From the NCBI GenBank assembly GCA_963774955.1, contig CAVZGV010000003.1, positions 386,981 through 450,980 of the forward strand: a stretch of DNA of 64,000 nucleotides, given 5' to 3'. Below are positions 18,853 to 29,442 of this stretch, piece after piece (positions within the stretch are counted from its first letter, which is position 1; each line of letters begins with the position of its first letter). Source of the DNA: Candidatus Falkowbacteria bacterium. Lineage in GTDB: Bacteria; Patescibacteriota; Patescibacteriia; CAIXNZ01. Under the pieces are notes generated by a model, which was given only the letters and a program-made list of their open reading frames with translations, was not told the origin of the DNA and did not search any database. The translations under genes were made by a program, and so were the position numbers.

Positions 18853-21819
18853 ATGAAAGAAAATAGCAAATTTAATTTGCAGCAGCAAAAGGCCATTACC
18901 TTTGGTAACGGGCCGCTTTTGATTGTGGCCGGAGCCGGCACAGGCAAGACTATGGTTATTACCCAAAGGATTTCTCATTTGATTTTGGATAAAAAAGTAA
19001 ATACAGACGCGATTTTGGCTTTGACTTTTACTGAAAAAGCAGCCGGAGAAATGCAGGAACGCGTGGATAAACTTATGCCGATCGGCTATGTTGATCTGTG
19101 GATTTCCACCTTTCATTCTTTTTGTCAGAAAATGCTGGAACAGCATGCTTTGGATATTGGCATACCCAATGATTTTAAATTACTGGATCAGACTGCAGCC
19201 TGGCTTTTGGTCCGTCAAAATTTGGACAAGTTTAATTTGGATTATTATAAACCCTTAGGCAATCCGACTAAATTTATTCATGCGCTTTTGACTCATTTTT
19301 CCCGCTGTAAAGACGAGGAAATTTATCCGGCTCAATATTTGGAGTATGCGGAAAAACAGGAATTGGATCTGGATAGTAAACAAGGTGATGAAAGTTTAGT
19401 TGACGAAGTTAGGCGGCTGAAAGAAATTGCTAATGCTTATCATGTGTATCAACAATTACTTTTGGATAATAATGCTCTGGATTTTGGCGATCTGATAAAT
19501 TATACCTTGAAATTGTTCAATCAGCGCAAAAATATTTTAAAAAAATATCAGGAGCAGTTTGAATATATTTTGGTTGATGAATTTCAGGACACAAATTTTG
19601 CTCAATACAATCTGGTTAAACTTTTGGCAGGGGACAAGAAGAATTTGACAGTGGTGGCTGATGATGATCAGTCCATCTATAAATTCCGCGGGGCTTCGGT
19701 GTCCAATATTTTACAGTTTAAAAAAGATTATCCGGAGGCTGTCGATATTGTGCTGACCGAAAATTACCGTTCCTGTCAGGAGATTCTGGACTTAGCCTAT
19801 AATTTTATCCAGCAGAATAATCCCAATCGGCTGGAAGCGCAAAAAGGTTCTAAGATTAAGAAAAAACTTAAGGCCAATAAAGATTGTTCAGCGCAAATTG
19901 AACATCTGCATTTTACGGCGCTTGATGATGAAGTCAGGGGAGTGATTCAAAAGATATTAGATATTAAAAAGAAAGATAAGGATGTTTCTTGGCAGGATTT
20001 TGCTATTTTAGTGCGCGCCAATGACAGCGCCACCAGTTTTATTAATTTTTTGCGCAAAACTAATGTGCCTTATCAGTTTGTGGCCATGCGCGGTCTGTAC
20101 GCTAAAGCGATTATTCTGGATATTATTAATTATTTTAAACTGCTTGATAATTATCATGAAAGCGCCGCTGTTTTTCGGTTACTGCGTTCACCGATAGTAA
20201 ATATTACTGACGAGGAATTAACGAAACTGTGTCATTTTGCTAATAAGAAAAATTTCTCTTTATATGAAGCTTTAAAAATTGCCTCTACGGTTTTTGGCGT
20301 TTCAACCGAAACAATTTCTCAGATTAATTTCTTTTTATCTCTGATTGAAAAGCATACCGCGTTATCCCGGGAAAAAACAGTCGGGGAAGTCATGCTGGCC
20401 TTTATGCAGGATTCCAAGTATCTGGAAAAAATTCTTCAGGCTGATGAGGCAATTGCCAAACAAAATGCGGATTATTTAAACCAGTTTTATAACCGCATTA
20501 AAAAATTTGAAGAAAGTACTAATGACCCATCTTTGCAAAATTTTATGGCGGAAATGGAACTGGAATTGGAATCAGGTGAAGCCGGTTCATTGAAGTTTGA
20601 TCTTGAACTCGGTCCTGATGTGATCAAAATTATGACCGTGCATGCGGCTAAGGGTTTGGAATTTGAATATGTGTTTATTCCCAATATGGTGGATCAGCGT
20701 TTTCCGACCAATAAAAGGGGAGAGCCGATTGAAATTCCTGAGCCTTTGATTAAGGATATTTTGCCTGAAGGCGATTTTCATATCCAGGAAGAAAGACGTT
20801 TATTTTATGTGGCCATGACTCGCGCCAAAAAAGGTTTATTTTTTACCTCGGCTGATGATTACGGCGGTGCCAGAACCAAAAAATTATCGCGGTTTCTGGT
20901 GGAACTGGAAGAAACCAATAAAGGCTTCAAATTGGACAAGAAAGTTACCAAGCAAGAAAAGGAAGTTCAAGCAGTGGCCGAACCGGTTGCGGCTAAAAAA
21001 ATTAAAGCCGGTTTTGAAATTCCCAAACAGTTTTCTTTTTCCCAGATCGCGGCTTTTCAAAAATGTCCTTATCAGTATAAATTGTCATTTATTTATAAAA
21101 TCCCGGTTTTTGGCAAGGGAGTTTTTTCCTATGGCAAAAGCATGCACTCGGCTTTACAGAAGTTTTTTGTTTTAGCCAATCAGAGAGTTACCACAAATCA
21201 GGCTGATTTGTTTAGCCCCAAAGATAAAGTTAAATCCAAAAAAATCGGGGCCCTGGTCAGTTTGGAAGAATTTAAAAAGATTTTTGAGGAATCCTGGCTG
21301 GATGAATGGTACAACAGTAAAGAAGACAAGGAAAAATACTGGCTCAAGGGTCGGGAATTTATCAAATTGTTTTATGACGCCAATAAAGATAAGGACTTGA
21401 TGACCCTAGCCTTGGAAAAAGGCTTTAATATCAAGTTGGCCAAGGAATACACCATTCGCGGGTTTATTGACCGTTTGGATTTACTGCCTGATCAGACCGT
21501 TGAATTAATTGACTATAAAACCGGAAATCCCAAGGAAAAATTAACTGCGGAAGAAAAGACTCAGTTGCTCTTATATCAATTGGCTTGTTTGAATTTACCG
21601 GAAATTACCGGCGGGCATAAGGTTTCCAAATTGACTTTTTATTATATTGATAATAATTCTCAGTTGTCATTTCTGGGCACAGACAAGGAACTGGATAAGG
21701 TTGAGGCTGAATTCAGTCAGGCCATTAAGGCCATTAAAACCAGTAAGTTTGAAGCCCAGCCAGAACAGCATAAGTGTAATTTCTGTGATTTTAAGAATAT
21801 CTGCGAATTTCGGGTCTAA
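18853..21819 (+). CDS. UvrD/PcrA-family helicase fused to a PD-(D/E)XK (Fe-S) nuclease
   Basis: AGAGTGKT, DEFQD, DDDQSIY, MTVHAAKGLE, YVAMTRA; IDRLD/DYKT with KCP...CNFCDFKNIC. Confidence 0.9.
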   Translation: MKENSKFNLQQQKAITFGNGPLLIVAGAGTGKTMVITQRISHLILDKKVNTDAILALTFTEKAAGEMQERVDKLMPIGYVDLWISTFHSFCQKMLEQHALDIGIPNDFKLLDQTAAWLLVRQNLDKFNLDYYKPLGNPTKFIHALLTHFSRCKDEEIYPAQYLEYAEKQELDLDSKQGDESLVDEVRRLKEIANAYHVYQQLLLDNNALDFGDLINYTLKLFNQRKNILKKYQEQFEYILVDEFQDTNFAQYNLVKLLAGDKKNLTVVADDDQSIYKFRGASVSNILQFKKDYPEAVDIVLTENYRSCQEILDLAYNFIQQNNPNRLEAQKGSKIKKKLKANKDCSAQIEHLHFTALDDEVRGVIQKILDIKKKDKDVSWQDFAILVRANDSATSFINFLRKTNVPYQFVAMRGLYAKAIILDIINYFKLLDNYHESAAVFRLLRSPIVNITDEELTKLCHFANKKNFSLYEALKIASTVFGVSTETISQINFFLSLIEKHTALSREKTVGEVMLAFMQDSKYLEKILQADEAIAKQNADYLNQFYNRIKKFEESTNDPSLQNFMAEMELELESGEAGSLKFDLELGPDVIKIMTVHAAKGLEFEYVFIPNMVDQRFPTNKRGEPIEIPEPLIKDILPEGDFHIQEERRLFYVAMTRAKKGLFFTSADDYGGARTKKLSRFLVELEETNKGFKLDKKVTKQEKEVQAVAEPVAAKKIKAGFEIPKQFSFSQIAAFQKCPYQYKLSFIYKIPVFGKGVFSYGKSMHSALQKFFVLANQRVTTNQADLFSPKDKVKSKKIGALVSLEEFKKIFEESWLDEWYNSKEDKEKYWLKGREFIKLFYDANKDKDLMTLALEKGFNIKLAKEYTIRGFIDRLDLLPDQTVELIDYKTGNPKEKLTAEEKTQLLLYQLACLNLPEITGGHKVSKLTFYYIDNNSQLSFLGTDKELDKVEAEFSQAIKAIKTSKFEAQPEQHKCNFCDFKNICEFRV

Positions 21820-21842
21820 AAGTCAGCGCCTTAGCCGCTGGC

Positions 21843-21892
21843 TTTTTTGTCCTTTTTTGTCCTTAGGCAAGAAATCCGCAAAAAGCTATGAT
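21843..21892 (+). promoter_or_regulatory. Direct-repeat promoter, copy 3
   Basis: TTTTTTGTCC TTTTTTGTCC TTAGGCA ... TATGAT. Confidence 0.55.
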
Positions 21893-21920
21893 TTAAGCAT
21901 AATCAAATAACTTGAATAGT

Positions 21921-23306
21921 ATGAAAAAATGCTATCTTTTAATTTTGTTTTTGCTGGTTATTTTGGCTGGTTGCCAATCTCCCGAAGAACCGTTGAGTCA
22001 GAATTTAAAATCCGTCGAAAAGAAAGATGCGCCAGCAGTTGTTAGCGCTAATAAAGATATTGGTCCTGATAAAGAGGAGTCGTTAAGTAAAATAATCTCA
22101 AATTTTTACGATGTTTATAATAATAAGGACTTTGATAAATTGGCTGTTTTTTTTGCCCCGCAGGTCAAGCAGTATATAAGTTTAAAGAACACTACGCCCG
22201 AGGCTATTGTCAGTGACGCCAAGGAGTTTTTTAAAGACAAAGATCCCGTCAAATACGAACCTTTTTTAAAGGCCATGGAAATAAATGGTAAGAACGTACG
22301 TTTAGGTTTGCATATGTCTTCGAGTTGGATAAAGAAAGCCTCGGGAGATGTCGGATATGATACACTGACTGATTCCAGCGTTTATGTGGTAGTCAGTCTG
22401 GATTTTGATGAAAATAATAAAATTGACAACTATACTGAAGAATATATTGTCAGACCGCAGATAAAATTAATTAAGGCCCAGGAACTTGAACCGGTTGCGG
22501 CTGGCGATGACAAGATTAAAGTTCCTGCCGGCACAATTGTATCCAGTAATTTTCAAAGTAGGACGTTTGAGACTGTTTCCTGGTGGAAGATGTATCAGAC
22601 GATGGTAGTTTACAAGGGTGAAAAATATTGGGCGACTTCTTTTACTTATCATGCTGCTGATTATGACAATACGGCTGAATATTATTTAGAAGATTCCACG
22701 GTCAGCTTGCCCGATAATTACAAAAAGTATTTTAAATATAATTATTACCTAGACAAAGAGATCAAAGACGAGAAGGAAAATTATTCTTTGATGGTATTTG
22801 ATCCTGATACTTTCGCACCCAAAGAAGTCTATGCTTTTAGCAATTCCGAAGGCGACCGTTTTGAATTGGGCGATCTGTTCGGAGGTAAAATTTTGGAAAT
22901 AGCTGTCATCTGGGTCCCGTCTTATATCAACCCAAGATGCTTTAACGTGGAGACTCGAGAATTTTTACCCATCGAACACTCCCGGGGAGTGACCTTGGTC
23001 GGTAACAACTTTTATTTTCTGCAGTTTCATGATGCTCCGTTTAACGTCCATTATTACTACGGCGATGAGGTTGACCGGGGCGGATATTATGATGAACTAC
23101 TGATGATAAACATTAAGGACAATAAAATTAAAGATGTATACAAGGCGAATTTCGGGACCTTGGGAATTAAGGCAATTACTGATACCCAAATTGTTTTAAC
23201 AGAAACATTATTTGATAATGCTAAAGAATTAAATTACCAATCGACACCTGAGGAGGTTAACTCTGTGTTTTTGGGGGAGAAAGACGTTGTTATACCTTTA
23301 GATTAA
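21921..23306 (+). CDS. Lipoprotein of unknown function
   Basis: MKK...LAGC lipobox. Confidence 0.8.
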   Translation: MKKCYLLILFLLVILAGCQSPEEPLSQNLKSVEKKDAPAVVSANKDIGPDKEESLSKIISNFYDVYNNKDFDKLAVFFAPQVKQYISLKNTTPEAIVSDAKEFFKDKDPVKYEPFLKAMEINGKNVRLGLHMSSSWIKKASGDVGYDTLTDSSVYVVVSLDFDENNKIDNYTEEYIVRPQIKLIKAQELEPVAAGDDKIKVPAGTIVSSNFQSRTFETVSWWKMYQTMVVYKGEKYWATSFTYHAADYDNTAEYYLEDSTVSLPDNYKKYFKYNYYLDKEIKDEKENYSLMVFDPDTFAPKEVYAFSNSEGDRFELGDLFGGKILEIAVIWVPSYINPRCFNVETREFLPIEHSRGVTLVGNNFYFLQFHDAPFNVHYYYGDEVDRGGYYDELLMINIKDNKIKDVYKANFGTLGIKAITDTQIVLTETLFDNAKELNYQSTPEEVNSVFLGEKDVVIPLD

Positions 23307-23324
23307 TATTTATAAAATAAGTTT

Positions 23325-24473
23325 ATGAAAAAATTATATTTACTTTCATTAATTGTCCTGACCCTGGTTTTAACCGGTTGTCTGAATGATAAAGTTGGTC
23401 AGCCTTTAGCAGTCGGAGATTCCCTGAATTTTGATCAGTCATTGGTTATTAATCAGCAGCCGGCCGAGAATGTAGAAATTCCCAGCGTTTTTAAGCCGGG
23501 TGACAAGGCTAAGGTTTTTCCCGAATTAATTAACGGACCCGAAGATATTAGCCAGTTTGACAAGATTGGAGATTATTATATTTTACAGACTGAAAAAATC
23601 GGCGAGCGCAATATTTATCTTTTGGCGCAGAATTATAAGATCGAAAAAGTTGAAGCCTGGTTCGGGGCGCCTACGGGCATAACCCAGACAGGAACATTTT
23701 ATTTTTATCAGGGTGATATCAATCAGTTTAATCAGGATAAGGTTGTTAAGATAGGGGACTTTAATTTTACCGGCAGAAAAATATATTCTAGTCTGAATCA
23801 GCTTAAAAGCAGCAAGTATCAGAATGAACATTTTGTTATGATTGAACAGTATGAAATGAATAATTTTTCCAGATTTTATTTTTGGCTGGTGAAAGCCGAT
23901 TCAATAACGCCGGTTAAATTTAACGACTATAATTCAGTGATGTCGGGTTGGACATTCAATAGTATTGAATTTAATGATTTGTATATTACAACATATGGTT
24001 ATTGGGGTGGCCAGCCTTTTGATTACAGCGAAACTTTTGATGACTGGTACTGGGATGGCAGTAATTTTGAACTGATTATGCGCAAAACTATCATCAGCAA
24101 ATTAGAACATAAATATTCATTCTTTACTTCCCAAGATAAGCAAAAACCTACCTGGGAAGTAACCTGGCCTTTTGACAGCATTATTGTTGACTACTTTTTA
24201 ACTTCCGACCGAAATAAGCTGGTCTATGTAGAGACAGTAGCAGGCGGTGATGCCATTAAAATTCGCAATCTGAAGACTGGTTTAGAACAGCCTATAATTT
24301 CGGAGCCGGAAACAGTCTATGAGTTTATTAATGATAAATGTACTGATAAGCTTATATATTATGCGGCAACAGGATTTGACAGCCCGCCCTTTGAGTATCA
24401 ATACAATCTGGAGACTGGGGAGATTATTTATACGCATAATCTTGATCAATATTTTGAAAGATTTAAATTTTAA
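23325..24473 (+). CDS. Lipoprotein of unknown function
   Basis: MKK...LTGC lipobox; terminator at 24488-24511. Confidence 0.8.
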   Translation: MKKLYLLSLIVLTLVLTGCLNDKVGQPLAVGDSLNFDQSLVINQQPAENVEIPSVFKPGDKAKVFPELINGPEDISQFDKIGDYYILQTEKIGERNIYLLAQNYKIEKVEAWFGAPTGITQTGTFYFYQGDINQFNQDKVVKIGDFNFTGRKIYSSLNQLKSSKYQNEHFVMIEQYEMNNFSRFYFWLVKADSITPVKFNDYNSVMSGWTFNSIEFNDLYITTYGYWGGQPFDYSETFDDWYWDGSNFELIMRKTIISKLEHKYSFFTSQDKQKPTWEVTWPFDSIIVDYFLTSDRNKLVYVETVAGGDAIKIRNLKTGLEQPIISEPETVYEFINDKCTDKLIYYAATGFDSPPFEYQYNLETGEIIYTHNLDQYFERFKF

Positions 24474-24576
24474 ATTATAGCCTAATAGCCCCGCGTCGCG
24501 GGGCTTTTTTTGTACGACACCTTGACAAATACTTTGTTTTTGCTAAGATCAAATATCAGGTAAAGGAGGTGCCAAA

Positions 24577-24843
24577 GTGAACAACGGCAAACAGCGGAAA
24601 AGGCATGGTATGGCCAATCTGGTAAAATATAGTTTAACAGTAGATGGCAAAAGGCTGCTGCTGACTTCTGATGAGCTGGCTGAAATTCAGTCGGTCAAAA
24701 ATGAAATGGAAGAGAATAACCCCAGCATGACTCTGGCCATCGAAAATTTCGGGGTCAGGCCGGATCCCAAAACATCTTTCGGCTGTCAATATCGTGATTT
24801 TAAAAAAGTCAGGGGCTATTCGCTCTGGCAGGTGCTCAAATAA
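24577..24843 (+). CDS. Hypothetical protein
   Basis: TTGACA promoter, AGGAGG RBS, GTG start, terminator. Confidence 0.6.
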   Translation: MNNGKQRKRHGMANLVKYSLTVDGKRLLLTSDELAEIQSVKNEMEENNPSMTLAIENFGVRPDPKTSFGCQYRDFKKVRGYSLWQVLK

Positions 24844-24993
24844 AGCGTTCCGAGGTACGGAATGCTTTTTATTTTAATTTATAATAAAAGCGGTTGACTA
24901 AGGCCATGAAATAGTATAAATTAATTTCCAGTACCTTCTACAAAATCAGGCTACACTTTTTAGCAGCTTTAGTGGACGAAAGGAGATAATATT

Positions 24994-25779
24994 ATGAGTG
25001 AGACGGAATATACCCGTGTAAGTAATTTTGAAATCGTTGATAAGTGGGGCAGTTTCACAACCCTGGAAGAACGGCGTTTTTATCTGAAACGTCTGGTCAG
25101 ATTCGAGTCGGATAATATGATCAGAAATTCTGAAATTATTCCCGGCGGTTACGACCTGCACACTTCCAACCTTTTTAGCGTGAATGAGAACTCTATTGAC
25201 ACCTTGGTCAGATATCAGCTTGATGTTTTGGATGAAGTCTGGGCTTTGCCGCCCAATATCAGGTTTCAATCCGAAGCATGGCAGATTTTACAGGCAGCGA
25301 TGATCCCTATGTCGCGGGAATTCAAAATTCATCTGCAGCCAAGAGAAGACTTTGTGCCCGTGGTTGTCAGTCGCCTGGTGGAACTGATTATGTCTGACAG
25401 TTTTTTACAGCAAAACATCATTGCTTTCAAATGCAAGGTTATTTTTCAGAGCCGTGAACCAGAGTATAACCGGGCAATTATCATCATCTATTTGTCTTTG
25501 CTGGAAAAACGCAAAATGGCCAGACAAATGTGCGCTCTGGTTCTGCGCAAACTTAAGGACGGACTGGCTGAATATGAAGCTTACTCCAACGGCAAGTTGC
25601 CGATTATAAATTTTCCGGTAACAGATCTGATGTCTTTTATTCAGATCGGCACTGACACTAAGTTTCGGCTGTACAAGATTTTGGGCGAAAAAAGGTTTAA
25701 TCAGCTTTTTCCGGTCGAATTTCATCAGGCGTTATTGATGGATGAAAAACCGGAATATTTTTTGGGACAGGATCCCTAA
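24994..25779 (+). CDS. Hypothetical protein with a possible phosphothreonine-lyase/HopA1-like domain
   Basis: FKIHLQP...AFKCK...IIIIY spacing; AGGAG RBS. Confidence 0.5.
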   Translation: MSETEYTRVSNFEIVDKWGSFTTLEERRFYLKRLVRFESDNMIRNSEIIPGGYDLHTSNLFSVNENSIDTLVRYQLDVLDEVWALPPNIRFQSEAWQILQAAMIPMSREFKIHLQPREDFVPVVVSRLVELIMSDSFLQQNIIAFKCKVIFQSREPEYNRAIIIIYLSLLEKRKMARQMCALVLRKLKDGLAEYEAYSNGKLPIINFPVTDLMSFIQIGTDTKFRLYKILGEKRFNQLFPVEFHQALLMDEKPEYFLGQDP

Positions 25780-25840
25780 ACACCTGCAGAGGAACATTGA
25801 TTAATGTCGGGCGTTTTTCTTTCTTGAAAAGGAGGTAACC

Positions 25841-26179
25841 ATGGCTACTGAAGAAGAAGATAAAAGTGCATTTGATCTTTTAATGGCTTATCATGAAGGT
25901 GAAAAAACTCAAGCCCAGCTGAAAAAAATCGTTTTACAGCTGGCTGAACTTTTAGCCTTGTTCCCTGACTGGCCGGAAAATTTGGACTGGCTGACTTGTG
26001 ATGCTGCCTTGACTTATGTTAAGTCAAAAAACCGGGAAGATCATGAATTAGCCGTCTTTGAAGCTCATTGCGGAGACTGCAAATTTTGCCGGCAACATCA
26101 GAAGGAAATTTTTTTCCTTGTTTACAGGCAAAGCCCCCAGGAACTGGCTTTATTAGCCAAGATGATCATGAACGAATAA
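25841..26179 (+). CDS. Small protein with HxxxCxxC (anti-sigma-like zinc) motif
   Basis: HCGDCKFC; AGGAGG RBS; terminator at 26182-26217. Confidence 0.6.
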   Translation: MATEEEDKSAFDLLMAYHEGEKTQAQLKKIVLQLAELLALFPDWPENLDWLTCDAALTYVKSKNREDHELAVFEAHCGDCKFCRQHQKEIFFLVYRQSPQELALLAKMIMNE

Positions 26180-26642
26180 CCAAGCGCCCAGTACCATAAT
26201 GATACTGGGCGCTTTTTATAATATTTATGGTACAGGGTGTGTGCGTTTAGATCGAAGCTATCGGGACAACGCGTTATAATACATTAAATATAAAAAAATT
26301 GGTTAACAAAGAAAATAGTATTTAAACCAAAATTCAATAAATTACGCCTTCGGCGACTTACTTTTTTATAACTAAAAAAGTAAGCAAAAAAGTTTTGGGG
26401 GTCCTCAATGCGCTAGTTCTTATAGCTCGTTTGTAGTATTAATAGCGACGCTTATTCGGCCCCCCAAACCCCCAGGGAGGGTTGAAATACGTCAGTGCAA
26501 TTATATTAATCAAAACGTTTAGCTCCGCGATTCGGGGCAAGATAAATACCCACGGCTATTTTGCCGGCGGTAGCTTATTGACATAAAGTAGGGCTTATGA
26601 TAATTTATTATATTGATTCAAGTATTTAAGGAGGACATTGAA

Positions 26643-27092
26643 ATGAAAGATGAAGGCTTTCGTCCATTTGTAAATTCAGCCGTGGTTGGCGGCATATTGT
26701 GGCTAATCAGTGGCGGGATTGTCCATGCCTATTTAGTCTGTCTTGACTGGACTGCAATGGGGCAGAATGCAACCATTATCATTACCAGCCAGCAAATTTG
26801 TTTCGTCATCCTGTGCGGATTTGTTCTGGGCTTGGCAGTGGAAATCGGAAAGTTTATCGGCGCACTTTTTGAATCACCGGGTTCAGTACTTTTACTGCCT
26901 GGTATTGCCGGTGCCATAATCGGCGGTTTGCAGGGAAAATATATTGCCGCTGATTGGCTGAACTCTTCTGGGAATTTGCTGTTTCGGCCGGAAAATATCC
27001 GCATTTTATCCGGGGCAATCATCGGTTTTATTATCAGTTATCCCATTGTCATTGGGGGTATTATCAGCCGGCAGAAGGGACGTCCTTATTAA
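26643..27092 (+). CDS. Multi-pass membrane protein
   Basis: About four Gly-rich TM helices; AGGAGG RBS. Confidence 0.7.
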   Translation: MKDEGFRPFVNSAVVGGILWLISGGIVHAYLVCLDWTAMGQNATIIITSQQICFVILCGFVLGLAVEIGKFIGALFESPGSVLLLPGIAGAIIGGLQGKYIAADWLNSSGNLLFRPENIRILSGAIIGFIISYPIVIGGIISRQKGRPY

Positions 27093-27102
27093 GGAGGGAA
27101 CA

Positions 27103-27405
27103 ATGGCTAAAAAAAGTTTACCGAACTGCCATAACTGGCCCTTGGTTGAATGGGGAGAAATTCCTGAAGCCTGCTATCATGATATTACTGTCAGTTACTG
27201 GGTTTGTCCTAAATGCAAGGACATTCTGGCTGAAATTAATTGCCCGGGCGGTCAGCGTTTTCATTGCGATGATTGTCGTCGAAAAAGAAAATGCCGACGC
27301 CTTTTGACCAAACAGGGCAAAATTACCATCTTTACCTGTGCCAATGACCATGAATGCCGGCAGCCGCTGACAGATGAAGAACATCGTAAGGTTTTTGAAT
27401 ACTGA
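27103..27405 (+). CDS. Zinc-ribbon protein
   Basis: CPKC, CDDC and further Cys; AGGAGG RBS. Confidence 0.65.
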   Translation: MAKKSLPNCHNWPLVEWGEIPEACYHDITVSYWVCPKCKDILAEINCPGGQRFHCDDCRRKRKCRRLLTKQGKITIFTCANDHECRQPLTDEEHRKVFEY

Positions 27406-27585
27406 ATTTAAGCCGTCCCTGAATACAGGGGCGGCTTTTTAATATGCTTGACAACATATTGTCCATATAGTAAATTACTATATCAGTTATTTGATAATTC
27501 ATTCAAGGGGAATTTATATAGAGGAGCAAGGGTGGGTATTGGGTCAAGTTAAAACAGTCGTACGCAAACCGCAAAGGAGTCAGTT

Positions 27586-28362
27586 ATGAAAAGACGGGTT
27601 ATTTTCGGCAAGGTTTTGGTCTTGGGCTTGGTTTTGGTCCTGCTGGCCATCTCGAGCTGCATCAAGAATGACCAGCCAGTTTCCACAGAGCCCATTAAAG
27701 TGGCTTTTGTGCCACAAGGGGTGATTCCGGACATGAACAGTATCCGGAGGCCGAGTAATGCAAAAGTCATTTTCAGCTGGAGTGCCGGTGGCGGAAACAT
27801 TTATAATGAAACCAGTCGGAATACCGGAAGCGATATCGTCGCCTATCCTGGTTCGGCTAAGCCGATTCAGGTGACCACTCCGGGCGGACAAGCTATGCTT
27901 ATCCGGGCAGTAACTGGTAAGGATTCCAATTTCGGGATGCCGAAAAACATCGAAGTGCCTGCAGGTTATCGGCTTGAAGTCATCGCCTGCTATGCCACTC
28001 AGCCCAATGGACGTGGCCCGTCGTTCCGTTTAGGCGCGGACTGGCGTACCTGTGACAATTGCCAGTCAACCTCATTCAAAGGTTCCACTCATTTGGATGT
28101 TTTTGGCGACAGTCTGCGCAGTCAAAATGGTGACTGGAGAGTGCTCAAATTGTCAGAATCGCCGAATTTATATTCTGGCAAGCCCGATGAATGGTGGAGA
28201 GTTTACAATTCCGGTCCGAGCATTACGTCACCACCGAATCACCGCTGGGTAGTGGGCTGGTGCCAGTTCCTGGGCCAGCAGTATCCGGGCGTCAATGACA
28301 TCTGGGAAGGCGGCGATGCCTATCTGGCCTGGATGATAGTCTGGTACGAGCCGGTCAATTAA
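27586..28362 (+). CDS. Lipoprotein of unknown function
   Basis: ISSC lipobox; AGGAG RBS; terminator at 28380-28410. Confidence 0.75.
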   Translation: MKRRVIFGKVLVLGLVLVLLAISSCIKNDQPVSTEPIKVAFVPQGVIPDMNSIRRPSNAKVIFSWSAGGGNIYNETSRNTGSDIVAYPGSAKPIQVTTPGGQAMLIRAVTGKDSNFGMPKNIEVPAGYRLEVIACYATQPNGRGPSFRLGADWRTCDNCQSTSFKGSTHLDVFGDSLRSQNGDWRVLKLSESPNLYSGKPDEWWRVYNSGPSITSPPNHRWVVGWCQFLGQQYPGVNDIWEGGDAYLAWMIVWYEPVN

Positions 28363-28479
28363 AAAAGCTCAGGCAAATAACGTCCTTATAGAAATATAAG
28401 GACGTTTTTTAATACTTGCTTAATTAAACCAATTGCTTTATCCTACAAAAGGAATGAAAATTTCTTAAGGAGGTGTCAA

Positions 28480-28707
28480 ATGATTGAAATCATTGGAATC
28501 TTATTTCTCTGCCTGTTATTTTGCGGTCTAATTTATCACGAGTATAAGAAAAACAATCATTGTCCGCAGTGCGGCAGTAAATTAGACTGGCAGGACAGAG
28601 GCAGGGTGGATTCACCACTGGGCTCTTATGCCCTTAAGCAGGCGGGTTATTGTCCTTTATGTCAAAAAGACAGGGGAGAACGGTACCAGGATGATAGGTA
28701 CTATTGA
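28480..28707 (+). CDS. Membrane-anchored zinc-ribbon protein
   Basis: TM helix, CPQC and CPLC. Confidence 0.65.
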   Translation: MIEIIGILFLCLLFCGLIYHEYKKNNHCPQCGSKLDWQDRGRVDSPLGSYALKQAGYCPLCQKDRGERYQDDRYY

Positions 28708-28809
28708 AAAAATGCTAGCCGTTATAGGGTAGTATTTTTTTAATATTTACTCTCTTGATTTTAACGGCTAATAGGATTAAAATTAGAATATAAATAATAA
28801 TTTTTATAA

Positions 28810-29136
28810 ATGGAGACTCCAATTAATATTCTAAAACATAAAATCGTCAGAATTCGCTGTAATAAGTGTCAGCGTGACATGGAACCGCAGCAGCCTGGGC
28901 AGGGCTGTCCGTTTTGCGGGGAAAAAAATAATCTGACCTTTATCTATGATAACGGTCAGGAACTTAACCTGGGGATAAAAAAGCCCAAATATCCACCAAT
29001 AGTGTACGCGGCGACCCTGGTTAGTACCATAATTTTATTTGCTGCCTACAAACTTTTACCGTTTAATCTGGTTGCTTTTGTTTTTGTGGCCGTCGTAGCC
29101 TTTGATTTGATTATAGCCTATAAATATAAAAAATAA
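28810..29136 (+). CDS. Zinc-ribbon protein with two TM helices
   Basis: CNKC, CPFC, C-terminal hydrophobic hairpin. Confidence 0.7.
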   Translation: METPINILKHKIVRIRCNKCQRDMEPQQPGQGCPFCGEKNNLTFIYDNGQELNLGIKKPKYPPIVYAATLVSTIILFAAYKLLPFNLVAFVFVAVVAFDLIIAYKYKK

Positions 29137-29140
29137 TTGT

Positions 29141-29419
29141 ATGAAAAAAACAGCCTTAATTTTATTTTTATTGTTATTTGTTTTAGGCGGTTGCGGAGCC
29201 AAAGGTTATGTCCAGCTGCAAAATGAGTGCGAAAGTAACAATGCTATCTGGCAGGCTGATTATCATGAATGCGATGACGGCGGTATCTCTTCAGCCTGGG
29301 ATATGAAAGACTGGTGCGATAAAAATGGCGGCGCCTATAATAACTGTGCTTCGCCCTGCAGACATTTTGAGAATAAAGGCGCCTGTATTCAGGTATGTTA
29401 TCGCATGTGCTCATATTAA
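29141..29419 (+). CDS. Small Cys-rich lipoprotein
   Basis: LGGC lipobox; 8-Cys domain shared with the C-terminus of 60778..61581. Confidence 0.75.
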   Translation: MKKTALILFLLLFVLGGCGAKGYVQLQNECESNNAIWQADYHECDDGGISSAWDMKDWCDKNGGAYNNCASPCRHFENKGACIQVCYRMCSY

Positions 29420-29442
29420 ATAAACTAAATATTTTTTAAGCT

